Shown in pieces: positions 44,706 to 53,584 of a stretch of 64,000 bases of DNA. Both the position numbers and the translations under genes were made by a program. This DNA comes from Longimicrobiaceae bacterium (GTDB lineage Bacteria; Gemmatimonadota; Gemmatimonadetes; Longimicrobiales; Longimicrobiaceae): NCBI GenBank assembly GCA_036389055.1, contig DASVQR010000021.1:20750-84749 (forward strand). The letters are read 5' to 3'. Every line of letters starts with the position of its first letter. The first letter of the stretch is position 1. A model generated the notes under the pieces. That model made no database searches, was not told the DNA's origin, and saw only the letters and a list, made by a program, of their open reading frames with translations.

Positions 44706-45293
44706 CTACCCGCGCTGGCGCTCCAGCAGGAGCATCATCAGCACGCTGAGCACGGCCAGCGTCTCGTCGCCGGGGCTCAGCTCGCCCTCGCGCTCGATGC
44801 TGTAGCGCCCCTCGAACAGCGCGGGCCGCTTGACGGCGCGCAGCACCGGCACGTCGTCGGCGGCGCGGGCCACCACGTACGCCGGGTGGAAGAAGTAGCC
44901 GGTGAACAGCCCGAGCACCGGCACCTCGCCGAGCAGGCCGTCCACCACCTTGACCCAGGGGTTCGCCTCGCGGATGGTGAGGACGGGCCCGCCGCCGCGG
45001 TGCACCTCGTAGTGCGCCTTCCACAGCGAGCGCATGCCGCGGCGCTGCACGACGCCCAGGTCGCCGCCGCCCTCCTGCGTGATGTGGTACTGCGCGGAGA
45101 TGTCGAGCACGCGGTCGGCGGCGATGCGGTACAGGGGCCGGGTCTGCTCCGCGTCCCCGAAGACCGTGACGGCTTCCTTGAGCTTGAACGCCTTCTGCTT
45201 GACGTAGAAGAGCAGGCGCCCGGCCGAGTCGGTGACGGAGATCTGCGGCGAGATGGCGACGGTCTTGAACTTGAGCTGGAGCGGGAAGTCCAT
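44706..45293 (-). CDS. LURP-one-related / scramblase-like (DUF567, tubby-C-like) protein
   Basis: Tail of ORF 44706-47429 from MDFPLQLKFKTVAISPQISVTD. Short beta-hairpin repeats are followed by a C-terminal hydrophobic helix (LAVLSVLMMLLL). Confidence 0.55.
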   Translation of the reverse strand: MDFPLQLKFKTVAISPQISVTDSAGRLLFYVKQKAFKLKEAVTVFGDAEQTRPLYRIAADRVLDISAQYHITQEGGGDLGVVQRRGMRSLWKAHYEVHRGGGPVLTIREANPWVKVVDGLLGEVPVLGLFTGYFFHPAYVVARAADDVPVLRAVKRPALFEGRYSIEREGELSPGDETLAVLSVLMMLLLERQRG

Positions 45294-45412
45294 TCCGGTA
45301 GCGGGATCCGGGTGGGAGATCGGGCACCGGGTGGGCTCGGTGCGGGTGGAGGGCGGCAAAGTAGCGGGCGGGCAAACATCCGGCAATCGGGCCGCCCCGG
45401 ACGACACCGTCG

Positions 45413-46378
45413 TCAGGGCGCCCGCGGGAGCTCCTCCACCCGCACCTCCGCCGCCCACCGCTCCACCGCCGCGGGGGTCGCCCCCGCCTCCGGGGCGCGG
45501 GTGAGCGCGTCCAGCGAGAACGCCGTCGCCAGGCGCGCCACCTCCGCCAGCGGGAGCCGGCGCAGCCGCCCCGCCACGATCCCAGCCACCATGGCGTCGC
45601 CCGCGCCCACGGTGCTGCGCACCTCCACGCGCGGCGGCACGGCGAGCACCGCCTCCCCCACCGCCGCGAAGAGCGCGCCCTCCTCGCCCATGGACACCAC
45701 GGCCAGCTCCACCCCGCGCGCCAGCAGCCCCCGCGCCGCCCGCAGGACGGCCGCCGCGTCCGGCAGCGGCTCGCCCAGCAGCGCCTCCAGCTCGTGCACG
45801 TTGGGCTTCACCACGGCGGGCGCCGCGTCCAGCGCGTGCCGCAGCGGCTCGCCGCCGGCGTCCACCACCACCGGGCACCCGGCCGCACGCAGCGCGAGCG
45901 CCAGCTCGCGGTACAGCCCGGGGTCCACGCCGGGCGGCAGGCTCCCGGCCAGCACGAACCAGGGCCGCGGCTCCCCCGCCGCCAGCTCCGCCACCGTCTC
46001 CAGCAGCGCCCGGGTCGCCTCCGGCCCCGGCGCCAGGCCGGGGAAGTTGAGGTCGGTGGTCTGCTGGCCGGCGGGGTCGGCCACCTTGATCCCCACCCGC
46101 GTCGCCCCGGCCACGCGGACGAACGCGTCCCGGATGCCGGCGCGCGCGAACAGCGCCTCGAAGGGCGCCGCGTTGTCGCGCCCCAGGAAGCCGGTGGCGG
46201 CCGCGCGCACGCCGTGCCCGGCCAGCGCGGCGGCCACGTTGACGCCCTTGCCCGCCGCGCGCGAGTGCTCCGCCCGCACCCGGTTGACCCGTCCGGCGGC
46301 GAAGCCGGGGACCTCCAGCGTCCAGTCGATCGCCGGATTGGGGGTGACGGCGACCACCTGCACGGGGGGCCCGGTCAT
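45413..46378 (-). CDS. fruK: 1-phosphofructokinase
   Basis: 321-aa ORF in the PfkB family with TPNPAIDW, AGKGVNVA and GAGDAMVAG. Confidence 0.9.
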   Translation of the reverse strand: MTGPPVQVVAVTPNPAIDWTLEVPGFAAGRVNRVRAEHSRAAGKGVNVAAALAGHGVRAAATGFLGRDNAAPFEALFARAGIRDAFVRVAGATRVGIKVADPAGQQTTDLNFPGLAPGPEATRALLETVAELAAGEPRPWFVLAGSLPPGVDPGLYRELALALRAAGCPVVVDAGGEPLRHALDAAPAVVKPNVHELEALLGEPLPDAAAVLRAARGLLARGVELAVVSMGEEGALFAAVGEAVLAVPPRVEVRSTVGAGDAMVAGIVAGRLRRLPLAEVARLATAFSLDALTRAPEAGATPAAVERWAAEVRVEELPRAP

Positions 46379-46393
46379 GCGCGCGGCCCCGCG

Positions 46394-48856
46394 TCAGGCC
46401 GGCGCGAGGGCGCGCACCTCGCCCGCGGTGGCGCAGGCCAGCGCCCGCCGGGCCAGCGCCCGCGCCCGGGCCAGCGACGCGCCGCGCAGCGCCGCCTTGA
46501 CCGGCGCGATGCTGGGGAGGTCCATGCTCAGCTCGGCCACGCCCAGCCCCACGAGGATTAGCGCGCCCAGCGGGTCGCCGGCCACCCCGCCGCACACCCC
46601 CACCCACTTCCCCGCCCCGTCGGCCGCCTTCACCGTCATCTCGATCATCCGGAGCACCGCCGGGTGCAGCCCGTCCACCTGGCCGCCCAGCGTGGGGTGC
46701 ATGCGGTCGATCGCCAGCACGTACTGCGTCAGGTCGTTGGTGCCGATGGAGAAGAAGTCCACCTCGCGGGCCAGCGCGTCGGCGATCAGCACGGCGGAGG
46801 GCACCTCGATCATGATGCCGATCTCCACCGGCGCCGCGCCCAGCTCCGCCCTCACGGCTTCCGCCATCTCGCGGCCTGCGCGCAGGTCCTCCAGCGTCGC
46901 CACCATGGGGAACATGATGCGGACGGGCCCCGTGGCCGCCGCCCGGTAGACGGCGCGCAGCTGCGGCACGAACAGCTCCGGCCGGCGCAGGCAGAGGCGG
47001 ATGCCGCGCACCCCCAGGAAGGGGTTCTCCTCGTGGGGCTGGGCCAGGTACGGCAGCACCTTGTCGCCGCCGATGTCCAGCGTGCGCACGATCAGCGGGA
47101 GCCCGCCCAGCGCGCGCGTCATCTCGCTGTACGCCGCGAATTGCTCGTCCTCGGTGGGCGCGGCGTCGCGGCCCAGGAACAGGAACTCGGTCCGCATCAG
47201 CCCCACCCCCTCGGCGCCCGCCTCCACGGCGGCCGCGGCCTCGGCCGCCGTGCCGATGTTGGCGGCCACCTCCACCCGGTGTCCGTCCGTGAGGATCGCC
47301 GGCTGGTAGCGCGTCCCCAGCTCCCGGTCGCGCCGGCCGCGGAGGTCGGTCTGGAAGCCGCGCGCCGATTCCAGGTCGGCCGGGGTGGGCTCCGGGTACA
47401 GCCGCCCGCCGGTGCCGTCCAGGATGCACGCCCCGCCTTCGGCCGTCTCAAGCACCCCGGGCCCGGCGCCCACCACCGCGGGGATGGCCAGCGAGCGCGC
47501 GATGATGGCCGTGTGCGAGGTGGGGCCGCCGGAGGCGGTGCACAGCCCCAGGATGCGCCGCGGGTCCAGCCGCGCCGTGTCGGAGGGGGCGAGGTCGTCG
47601 GCCACCAGGATCACCGGCTCGTCGGGAAAGCGCGGCGCGCCGTGGCGGGTCCCCACCAGCGCGCGCAGCACCCGCTGCCCCACGTCGTGCAGGTCGGCGG
47701 CGCGGGCGGCGAGACGCTCGTCCTCCACCTCCGCCACCTCGGCCACGCGGCGGTCCACGGCCCGCTGCCACGCCCAGGCCGCGCCGTGCCCCGCGTCCAC
47801 CAGGGCGGCGACCTCGGCCCGGAGCTCCTCGTCGGCGAGGAGCGCCTGGTGCGCGCGGAAGATCATCGCCTCACCGCGGCCGGAGCGCTCCCTGACCTCC
47901 TCGAACAGCGTGCCCAGCTGCTCGCGCGCCGTCTCCACCGCCTCCGCCAGCCGCCGCCGCTCGGCCGCGGGATCGCCCGCCGGCTCGTCGGCGACCTCGA
48001 TCCGGGTGGGCTGGAACTGGAAGAGCGGCCCGATCGCCACCCCCGGCGACGCCGCCACCCCGATCACGGTCCGCCCCTCCGAGACCGGGGTCCAGGCGAG
48101 CCCCCGCACCGGCGCCTCGTGCGCCTCCTCCTCGCCCAGCCCGCCCTCCACCGCCTCCCTCAGCGCCTCCAGCGCGGCGTCCGCGTCCGGACCGGCGGCC
48201 ACGATCCTGAGTGTTTCGCCGCCCAGTGCGCCCAGCTTGAGCAGGGAGGCCAGCGCCTTGCCGTTCGCCTCCCTGCCGCCGTAGCGGACGCGGACCTCGG
48301 ACGCGAAGCCGGTGGCGACGTCCACCAGCCAGGTGGCCGGGCGGGCGTGCAGCCCCGGCCCGGGCGGCAGCGCCACGTCCACGTGCCGGGCGCCCTCCAG
48401 CCCCTCCTCCGCCGGCGCGGACGCGCCCCCGCCGCGAGTCAGCCCGGCGACGATCTCCTCCGGGTCGGCGGTGGCGGCCAGCCGCTCGGCCAGCTCCGGG
48501 TCGTCCAGCACGTCGGTGAGCGCGGCCAGCACGCCCAGGTGCTCGTCGCTCTTGGCGGCGATCCCCACCACCAGCCGCACGGGCTGCCCCGGGCTCCACT
48601 CCACCTCGCGCGCCAGCTGCACCACGCACACGCCGGTGCGCAGGATCAGCTCGCGGTGCTCGCCCATCCCGTGCGGGATGGCGATCCCCTTTCCCAGGTA
48701 GGTATTCGCCTGCGCCTCGCGCCCCAGCATGCTCGCCACGTAGCCGTGCGCGATGTAGCCGCGCTCCACCAGCACGCCGCCGGCGGCGCGGATCGCGTCT
48801 TCCTTGTCGCGGGCGAGGGCGCCCAGCCGCACGTCGGCGGCGGTGAGCTGGATCAT
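46394..48856 (-). CDS. fruB: PTS multiphosphoryl transfer protein: EIIA(Fru)-HPr-Enzyme I fusion
   Basis: 820-aa ORF. The EIIA segment has GIAIPHG, the HPr-like segment has GLHARPA, and the Enzyme I segment has GGPTSHTAIIARS and IGTNDLTQY. Confidence 0.9.
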   Translation of the reverse strand: MIQLTAADVRLGALARDKEDAIRAAGGVLVERGYIAHGYVASMLGREAQANTYLGKGIAIPHGMGEHRELILRTGVCVVQLAREVEWSPGQPVRLVVGIAAKSDEHLGVLAALTDVLDDPELAERLAATADPEEIVAGLTRGGGASAPAEEGLEGARHVDVALPPGPGLHARPATWLVDVATGFASEVRVRYGGREANGKALASLLKLGALGGETLRIVAAGPDADAALEALREAVEGGLGEEEAHEAPVRGLAWTPVSEGRTVIGVAASPGVAIGPLFQFQPTRIEVADEPAGDPAAERRRLAEAVETAREQLGTLFEEVRERSGRGEAMIFRAHQALLADEELRAEVAALVDAGHGAAWAWQRAVDRRVAEVAEVEDERLAARAADLHDVGQRVLRALVGTRHGAPRFPDEPVILVADDLAPSDTARLDPRRILGLCTASGGPTSHTAIIARSLAIPAVVGAGPGVLETAEGGACILDGTGGRLYPEPTPADLESARGFQTDLRGRRDRELGTRYQPAILTDGHRVEVAANIGTAAEAAAAVEAGAEGVGLMRTEFLFLGRDAAPTEDEQFAAYSEMTRALGGLPLIVRTLDIGGDKVLPYLAQPHEENPFLGVRGIRLCLRRPELFVPQLRAVYRAAATGPVRIMFPMVATLEDLRAGREMAEAVRAELGAAPVEIGIMIEVPSAVLIADALAREVDFFSIGTNDLTQYVLAIDRMHPTLGGQVDGLHPAVLRMIEMTVKAADGAGKWVGVCGGVAGDPLGALILVGLGVAELSMDLPSIAPVKAALRGASLARARALARRALACATAGEVRALAPA

Positions 48857-48869
48857 CGGGGGCCCCGTG

Positions 48870-50705
48870 TCAGGCGGCGTCCGGCGCGGCGGCCGGATCG
48901 GCGGCGGGCACGCGGCGCTTCAGCACGAAGAGCGCCGCCGCGGTGACCGCCGTGCCCGCGGCGATGGCTCCCAGGTACGCGGCCAGGTGCGTGACCGCGC
49001 CGGGAATCAGCGCCGCGAAGATGCCGCCGTGCGGCACCAGCAGCCGCGCCCCCGCGGCCATGGAGAGCGCCCCGGCCGTGGCGGAGCCCGCCACCAGCGC
49101 CGGGATGACGCGCAGCGGGTCCTTTGCCGCGAACGGGATCGCGCCCTCGGTGATGAAGGCCAGCCCCAGCACGAACGCCGGTCCGCCGGCCCGGCGCTCG
49201 TCGGCGTCGAACCTGCCGCGGAACAGGTACGCCGCCACCGCCAGCCCCAGCGGCGGGGTCATCCCGGCGGCCATCACCGCGGCCATGGGCGCATCGACCT
49301 TGCTCGCCAGCAGCCCCACCCCGAAGGTGTACGCGGCCTTGTTGAGCGGCCCGCCCATGTCCACCGCCATCATCGCCCCCAGGACCAGCCCCAGCAGCGC
49401 GGCGTTGGCGCCGCGCATCCCCAGCAGCCAGCCGTTCATGGCCCCGTTGAGCGCCTGGGTGGGCGGGGCGATGACGTAGATCATCATGAGCCCCACGGTG
49501 AGCGTGGCGAGGAGCGGGAGGACGAGCACGGGCTTGAGGCCCTCCAGCGTGGCGGGGAGGCGGATGTTGTTCGCCAGGAAGCGGGTCAGGTAGCCGGCCA
49601 GGAAGCCGGAGGCGATGCCGCCCAGGAAGCCGGCGCCCAGCTCCTGCGCCAGCAGCCCGCCCACCAGCCCCGGCGCCAGTCCCGGCCGGTCCGCGATGGA
49701 ATACGCGATGTAGCCGGAGAACACCGCCACGAACAGCCGGAACGCGGCGCCGCCCACCTGGTTGAGCGCGTACGCCAGGGTGCCCTCGCGCTCCCCGGCG
49801 TAGATCCCGCCCAGCGCGAACGCCAGCGCGATGCACAGCCCGCCCGCGATCACCACCGGCAGCATGTACGACACGCCGGTCATCAGGTGCTTGTACGCGC
49901 CGGTGCGCTCCCTCTTCGCGTCCGCCGCGGCGGCTCCGCCTGCTGCGTCGCCCGACGCGCCGGGTCCGGCCGCGGGGCCGGCTCCGGCGGGCGTCACGAG
50001 CGCCGTGCCGACCACCTCCTGCCCGGCCCGGATCGCCTGCTTGGTGCTGGTGACGTACACCGGCTTCCCCGCGAAGCGCGCGGTGTCCACCTGCGTGTCG
50101 GCGGCGATGACCACCGCGTCGGCGGCGGCGATGTCGTCGGCCGTCAGCTGGTTCTTGGCGCCCACCGAGCCCTGCGTCTCCACCTTGATGTCGTGGCCCA
50201 TCGCCCGCGCCGCCTTCTGGAGCGCCTCGGCGGCCATGAAGGTGTGCGCGATGCCCGTGGGACACGCCGTGATCCCGACGATGCGCTTGCCGGCTGCGGG
50301 AGCGGCGGTGTGGGGCTCTGCTGTCGCAGCGGGAACAGAAGCCTGAACAGGAGTGACGGCGGTGGCGGGCTCCGGCGGCTCGACGGCGGGCGCCGCGACG
50401 AGGGCGAGCGCCGCGTCCAGCACGGCGCGGGTGTGGCGGATGGCGTCGGCCACGCGCACCTCGTGCACGGGCTTTCCGGCGAAGCGCGCGCCGTCCGTCC
50501 GCGCGTCCGTCGCGAGGATCACCACGTCGGCCGCCGCGATCTCCGCGTCCGACAGGGGCTCCGCGGTTCCACCGGGATCCTGCGTCTCGACGCGGATCCC
50601 GTGGCCCATCACCTCCGCCGTCTTCCGCAGCGCTTCCGCTGCCATGAGCGAGAGCGCGGGACTGGCGGAGGAGGACGCGACTGCGACGATCTTCATGCGC
50701 GCCAT
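48870..50705 (-). CDS. fruA: PTS fructose transporter subunit IIB'-IIB-IIC
   Basis: Two IIB-like modules (KIVAVAS...MAAEAL, IVGITACPTGIAHTFMAAEAL) are followed by a polytopic IIC. The start could be 50705 (MARMKIV) or 50696 (MKIV). Confidence 0.9.
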   Translation of the reverse strand: MARMKIVAVASSSASPALSLMAAEALRKTAEVMGHGIRVETQDPGGTAEPLSDAEIAAADVVILATDARTDGARFAGKPVHEVRVADAIRHTRAVLDAALALVAAPAVEPPEPATAVTPVQASVPAATAEPHTAAPAAGKRIVGITACPTGIAHTFMAAEALQKAARAMGHDIKVETQGSVGAKNQLTADDIAAADAVVIAADTQVDTARFAGKPVYVTSTKQAIRAGQEVVGTALVTPAGAGPAAGPGASGDAAGGAAAADAKRERTGAYKHLMTGVSYMLPVVIAGGLCIALAFALGGIYAGEREGTLAYALNQVGGAAFRLFVAVFSGYIAYSIADRPGLAPGLVGGLLAQELGAGFLGGIASGFLAGYLTRFLANNIRLPATLEGLKPVLVLPLLATLTVGLMMIYVIAPPTQALNGAMNGWLLGMRGANAALLGLVLGAMMAVDMGGPLNKAAYTFGVGLLASKVDAPMAAVMAAGMTPPLGLAVAAYLFRGRFDADERRAGGPAFVLGLAFITEGAIPFAAKDPLRVIPALVAGSATAGALSMAAGARLLVPHGGIFAALIPGAVTHLAAYLGAIAAGTAVTAAALFVLKRRVPAADPAAAPDAA

Positions 50706-50954
50706 GCGTTTCGGGTGCAGACGACCGCTCGTTGACCCACTGGTGGAGGACGGCATTTTTCCGGCCGTCGCACTCCGCGCCGGGCCGCGGAAGGCCGAAG
50801 CGTCCGCGGAGGAAGGGCGCCGGATGGCGCATCCGGCGGCTGCGCGGTCCCATCACGGCCGATCGTCTCTATGGTGCCCGGGGGAGCGACAGGGCATCTT
50901 CGAGGCGCGGGAGCATCCCGCACGCGTGTGTCCACTTTGCCAAGGGACGACATC

Positions 50955-52547
50955 ATGAGCCTCTCCATCCAGCTCCACTCCGTCATGTGCCTCAGGGAAA
51001 GCAGCGAGTGGTCGGACTCCGACGAGCCCTACGTGCTCGTGACCACGGTACGGTTCATCCCCCTGGGTACACTCGGAGCACTCGGAGAAGCCAGGACCTC
51101 GCTCTATGGCCCCTGGGAGATGGACGACGGCGACGTGGTCACCATCCAGACCGAGCCCCCTTTCTGGGGAATCGAGTCGCTTCCCGCCGACATCAACGAC
51201 GTCGCCGGGGTCGCCTTCGTGGTCACCATCATGGAGAACGACCAGGGCTCTCCCACCGGCCTCCGCAGCCTCGTCCAGAGCTCGGCGGCCGGCTCTCTGC
51301 TCGCGTCGCTGCCCCGGCCCAGGAACGTACGGGTGCAGCGGCTGGTCCGGGACGTCGGCGACACCGCCGGCGGCATCCCCGTGCCGCTCTTCGGCGACGA
51401 CCACGTCGGCACCGCCGAGCTTCGGCTGGACAGCTCGGACCTGATCGCTTCCGGAACCAAGGACAAGGTCGTGACCATCCGGGGCGACGAGGGAAGCTAT
51501 GAGCTGACCTTTCGCATCACCCGCCACCAGCGGGTGGTGTTCACCCCGGGGGCGCACCTGGCGGCGATCTCCCGGCGCGAAGACCACATGGAGATCTGGA
51601 CGGTGGGAAAGGACGGCATCGTCACCGGCAACTGGTTCGACGGCAGCCGGTGGCGCGGCTGGTACCGCCTGCCGGGAGCGGAGTTCGTGGAGGGATCCCA
51701 CCTCGCGGCCGTCTCGCGCGGCACGGACCTCATGGAGGTCTGGGGCGTGGACGGAAACGGCGTGCTGCGCGGTAACTGGTTCGAGGGTGGCCGGTGGCAC
51801 GGCTGGTACGGCCTTCCGGGCGCGGAGTTCGACCCCGGGGTGCCGCTCGCCGCGGTGTCCAGGCAGGCCGACCTCATGGAGGTGTGGGGCGTCGACAGGC
51901 ACGGGGCGCTGCGCGGCATCTGGTTCGAGGGCAGCCGGTGGAGGGACTGGTACGAGCTTGCCGGAGAGCGGTTCCCATCCGGTACCCATGTCGCGGCCGC
52001 CTCCCGCTCCCCGGAGCACATGGAGGTCTGGGCGCTGGGCGACGACGGGGTGGTACGCGGCATCTGGTTCGTCGCCCCGTCGTGGAGGAAGTGGTACCGG
52101 CTCGACGGCGCGCAGTTCGGCCCGGGAGCGCACCTGGTGGCGCTCGCCCGGGAGAGCCAGATGGACGTGTGGGGCACCGCCCGGAGCGGCGTCGTCACCG
52201 GTGCCTGGTTCGACGGCCGGCAGTGGCGGGGATGGTTCGGCCTGGGAGGAGGAAAGTTCGCTCCGGGAACCCCGCTGGCGGCGGTCTCGCGGACCCCTGA
52301 CCGCGCCGAGCTGTGGGCCGTCGGGCAGGACGGAGTCATCCGCGGCGACTGGTTCGAGTCCGGCCAGTGGCAGGGCTGGTACGCCCTGGAGGGGGCGCAG
52401 TTCGATCCGGGAGTCCACATCGCCGCGGTCTCCCGTCAGCCGGGCCGCATGGAGGTCTGGGCCGTTGGACAGGACGGCATGGTCCGCGGCAACTGGTTCG
52501 AGGGCGGCGAGTGGCGAGGATGGTACTCCCTGGTCTGGACCCAGTGA
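50955..52547 (+). CDS. cytoplasmic(?) protein: roughly 195-aa unknown N-terminal domain + seven-bladed fucose-lectin-like (PLL/RSL/AAL-type) beta-propeller
   Basis: Start at MSLSIQLHSV with no signal peptide. Seven consecutive 47-48-aa repeats have the form F.PG.HLAAVSR..D.MEVWGV..DG.LRG.WF.G..W.GWY.L.GA, spanning nt 51540-52544. Confidence 0.75.
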   Translation: MSLSIQLHSVMCLRESSEWSDSDEPYVLVTTVRFIPLGTLGALGEARTSLYGPWEMDDGDVVTIQTEPPFWGIESLPADINDVAGVAFVVTIMENDQGSPTGLRSLVQSSAAGSLLASLPRPRNVRVQRLVRDVGDTAGGIPVPLFGDDHVGTAELRLDSSDLIASGTKDKVVTIRGDEGSYELTFRITRHQRVVFTPGAHLAAISRREDHMEIWTVGKDGIVTGNWFDGSRWRGWYRLPGAEFVEGSHLAAVSRGTDLMEVWGVDGNGVLRGNWFEGGRWHGWYGLPGAEFDPGVPLAAVSRQADLMEVWGVDRHGALRGIWFEGSRWRDWYELAGERFPSGTHVAAASRSPEHMEVWALGDDGVVRGIWFVAPSWRKWYRLDGAQFGPGAHLVALARESQMDVWGTARSGVVTGAWFDGRQWRGWFGLGGGKFAPGTPLAAVSRTPDRAELWAVGQDGVIRGDWFESGQWQGWYALEGAQFDPGVHIAAVSRQPGRMEVWAVGQDGMVRGNWFEGGEWRGWYSLVWTQ

Positions 52548-52606
52548 CGCAGCGGGCAACGTCGGGATCCCGCCCGACACGAGGATGCCCGCGGGATGAA
52601 GCGCGC

Positions 52607-52717
52607 TCCGGAACACGAAGCGGGAAGGTGCCGTCCGGCGCCCTCCCCCGCTCGTCCAGCCCACTCCGTGGAGCTTTACGCCCGCACCAGCTTGCGGTAC
52701 TTGATCCGGTGCGGCTG
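52607..52717 (-). repeat. duplicated ettA 3' end (last 42 nt incl. stop) + degenerate terminator hairpin, copy 1
   Basis: TTACGCCCGCACCAGCTTGCGGTACTTGATCCGGTGCGGCTG matches 57183-57224 at 40 of 42 positions (one difference at the stop codon, one internal). The upstream CCGGAACACGAAG + hairpin matches copy 2. The fragment translates to ...[11 protein letters not shown]. Confidence 0.85.
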
Positions 52718-52855
52718 TGGGGTAACGATCTTCGACATCGGCGGCAACAAGTACGGCTGTCTGTGACGATGCGCTACGACATGCAGCGGGTCTACATCCG
52801 GCACGTGATGACGCACAAGGAGTACGACCGGAGAACGAAGGACGGGACCCTCTGA
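52718..52855 (+). pseudogene. higB: HigB (RelE-like) toxin remnant: N-terminally truncated and frameshifted
   Basis: It reads VTIFDIGGNKYgcl* in one frame and RLSVTMRYDMQRVYIRHVMTHKEYDRRTKDGTL in the next. Together these are the C-terminal half of a HigB_toxin-type protein with a 1-nt deletion after AAGTAC. It abuts ettA fragment copy 1 directly. Confidence 0.7.
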
Positions 52856-52898
52856 AATCGGCACTGGCACCAAACTAACAGGCAGGAGGACTTCACAG

Positions 52899-53279
52899 AT
52901 GCGCACGGTCATCGACATTCAGACTCCCCACATCCTCCGCACTCCGGAGGAGTGCGCGGCCGCGGGTGTGGAGATCGACCGCCTGCTGGATCTTGACCCG
53001 CAGCCGTACAGCGCAGATTTCGATCGGCTGGAGATGCTTTCGCTCCTCGTGGAGGACTACGACTCTCGCAACAACCCGATCGACGACTCCGAGCTTTCCC
53101 CACGGGCCGTCGTGGACTTCATGCTCGATCAGAAGGGAATGAACCGCACCGACCTCGCGGAGATCATGGGCGGACGAAGCCGCGTGTCCGACTTCTTCAG
53201 CGGCAAGCGCGAGCTGTCGAAGGGCCAGATCGCTGCGCTGCGAACCCTGCTCGGCATCCCTGCCGACCTACTGCTGTAG
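52899..53279 (+). CDS. higA: HigA-type antitoxin (HTH, COG5499-like)
   Basis: 126-aa ORF. The C-terminal HTH reads MNRTDLAEIMGGRSRVSDFFSGKRELSKGQIAALRTLLGIPADLLL. It lies immediately downstream of the higB remnant. Confidence 0.8.
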   Translation: MRTVIDIQTPHILRTPEECAAAGVEIDRLLDLDPQPYSADFDRLEMLSLLVEDYDSRNNPIDDSELSPRAVVDFMLDQKGMNRTDLAEIMGGRSRVSDFFSGKRELSKGQIAALRTLLGIPADLLL

Positions 53280-53296
53280 ACCCGGTTCCTGTTCAC

Positions 53297-53507
53297 CGAC
53301 CCGGAACACGAAGTGGGGGAGGGCGCCGGCCGGCGCCCTCCCCCGCTCTGCATCCGCCCGTAAGCGAGCTTATGCCCGCACCAACTTGCGGTACTGATCC
53401 GGTGCGGCTGGTCGGCCTCGGCGCCCAGGCGCTTCTTGCGGCCGGCCTCGTACTCCTGACAGTCGCCCTCGGAGAAGCGGACCTCGCTCGCCCCCCGAAC
53501 GCCAGGA
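53297..53507 (-). repeat. duplicated ettA 3' end (about 138 nt, with an indel) + terminator hairpin, copy 2
   Basis: Positions 53370-53507 align with 57183-57320 (TTATGCCCGCACCAACTTGCGGTAC-TGATCCGGTGCGGCTGGTCGGCCTCGGCGCCCAGGCGCTTCTTGCGG...). A perfect palindromic hairpin, GGGGGAGGGCGCCGG/CCGGCGCCCTCCCCC, lies at 53315-53344. Confidence 0.85.
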
Positions 53508-53584
53508 GGTACCTGGCGATGCGGTCCGGCGCCCCCGGTCGTGCGAGGTTCCCTTCAGAGGCGCTCCGCCGTCCCTGCCGTCCC

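Noticed and set aside
41233-46949. Very long plus-strand ORFs (41233-44109, 958 aa; 43872-46949, 1025 aa) spanning the S74, TonB-like, LURP-like and fruK genes.
   Set aside because: They are antisense to several independent minus-strand genes that each have signal peptides or family motifs. Their translations are Arg/Ala/Pro/Gly runs with no domain-like segments.
52313-52855. 180-aa plus-strand ORF overlapping the 3' end of the lectin gene.
   Set aside because: Most of it is an out-of-frame GC artefact. Only its last roughly 33 codons (RLSVTMRYDMQRVYIRHVMTHKEYD...) are meaningful, as the HigB remnant.
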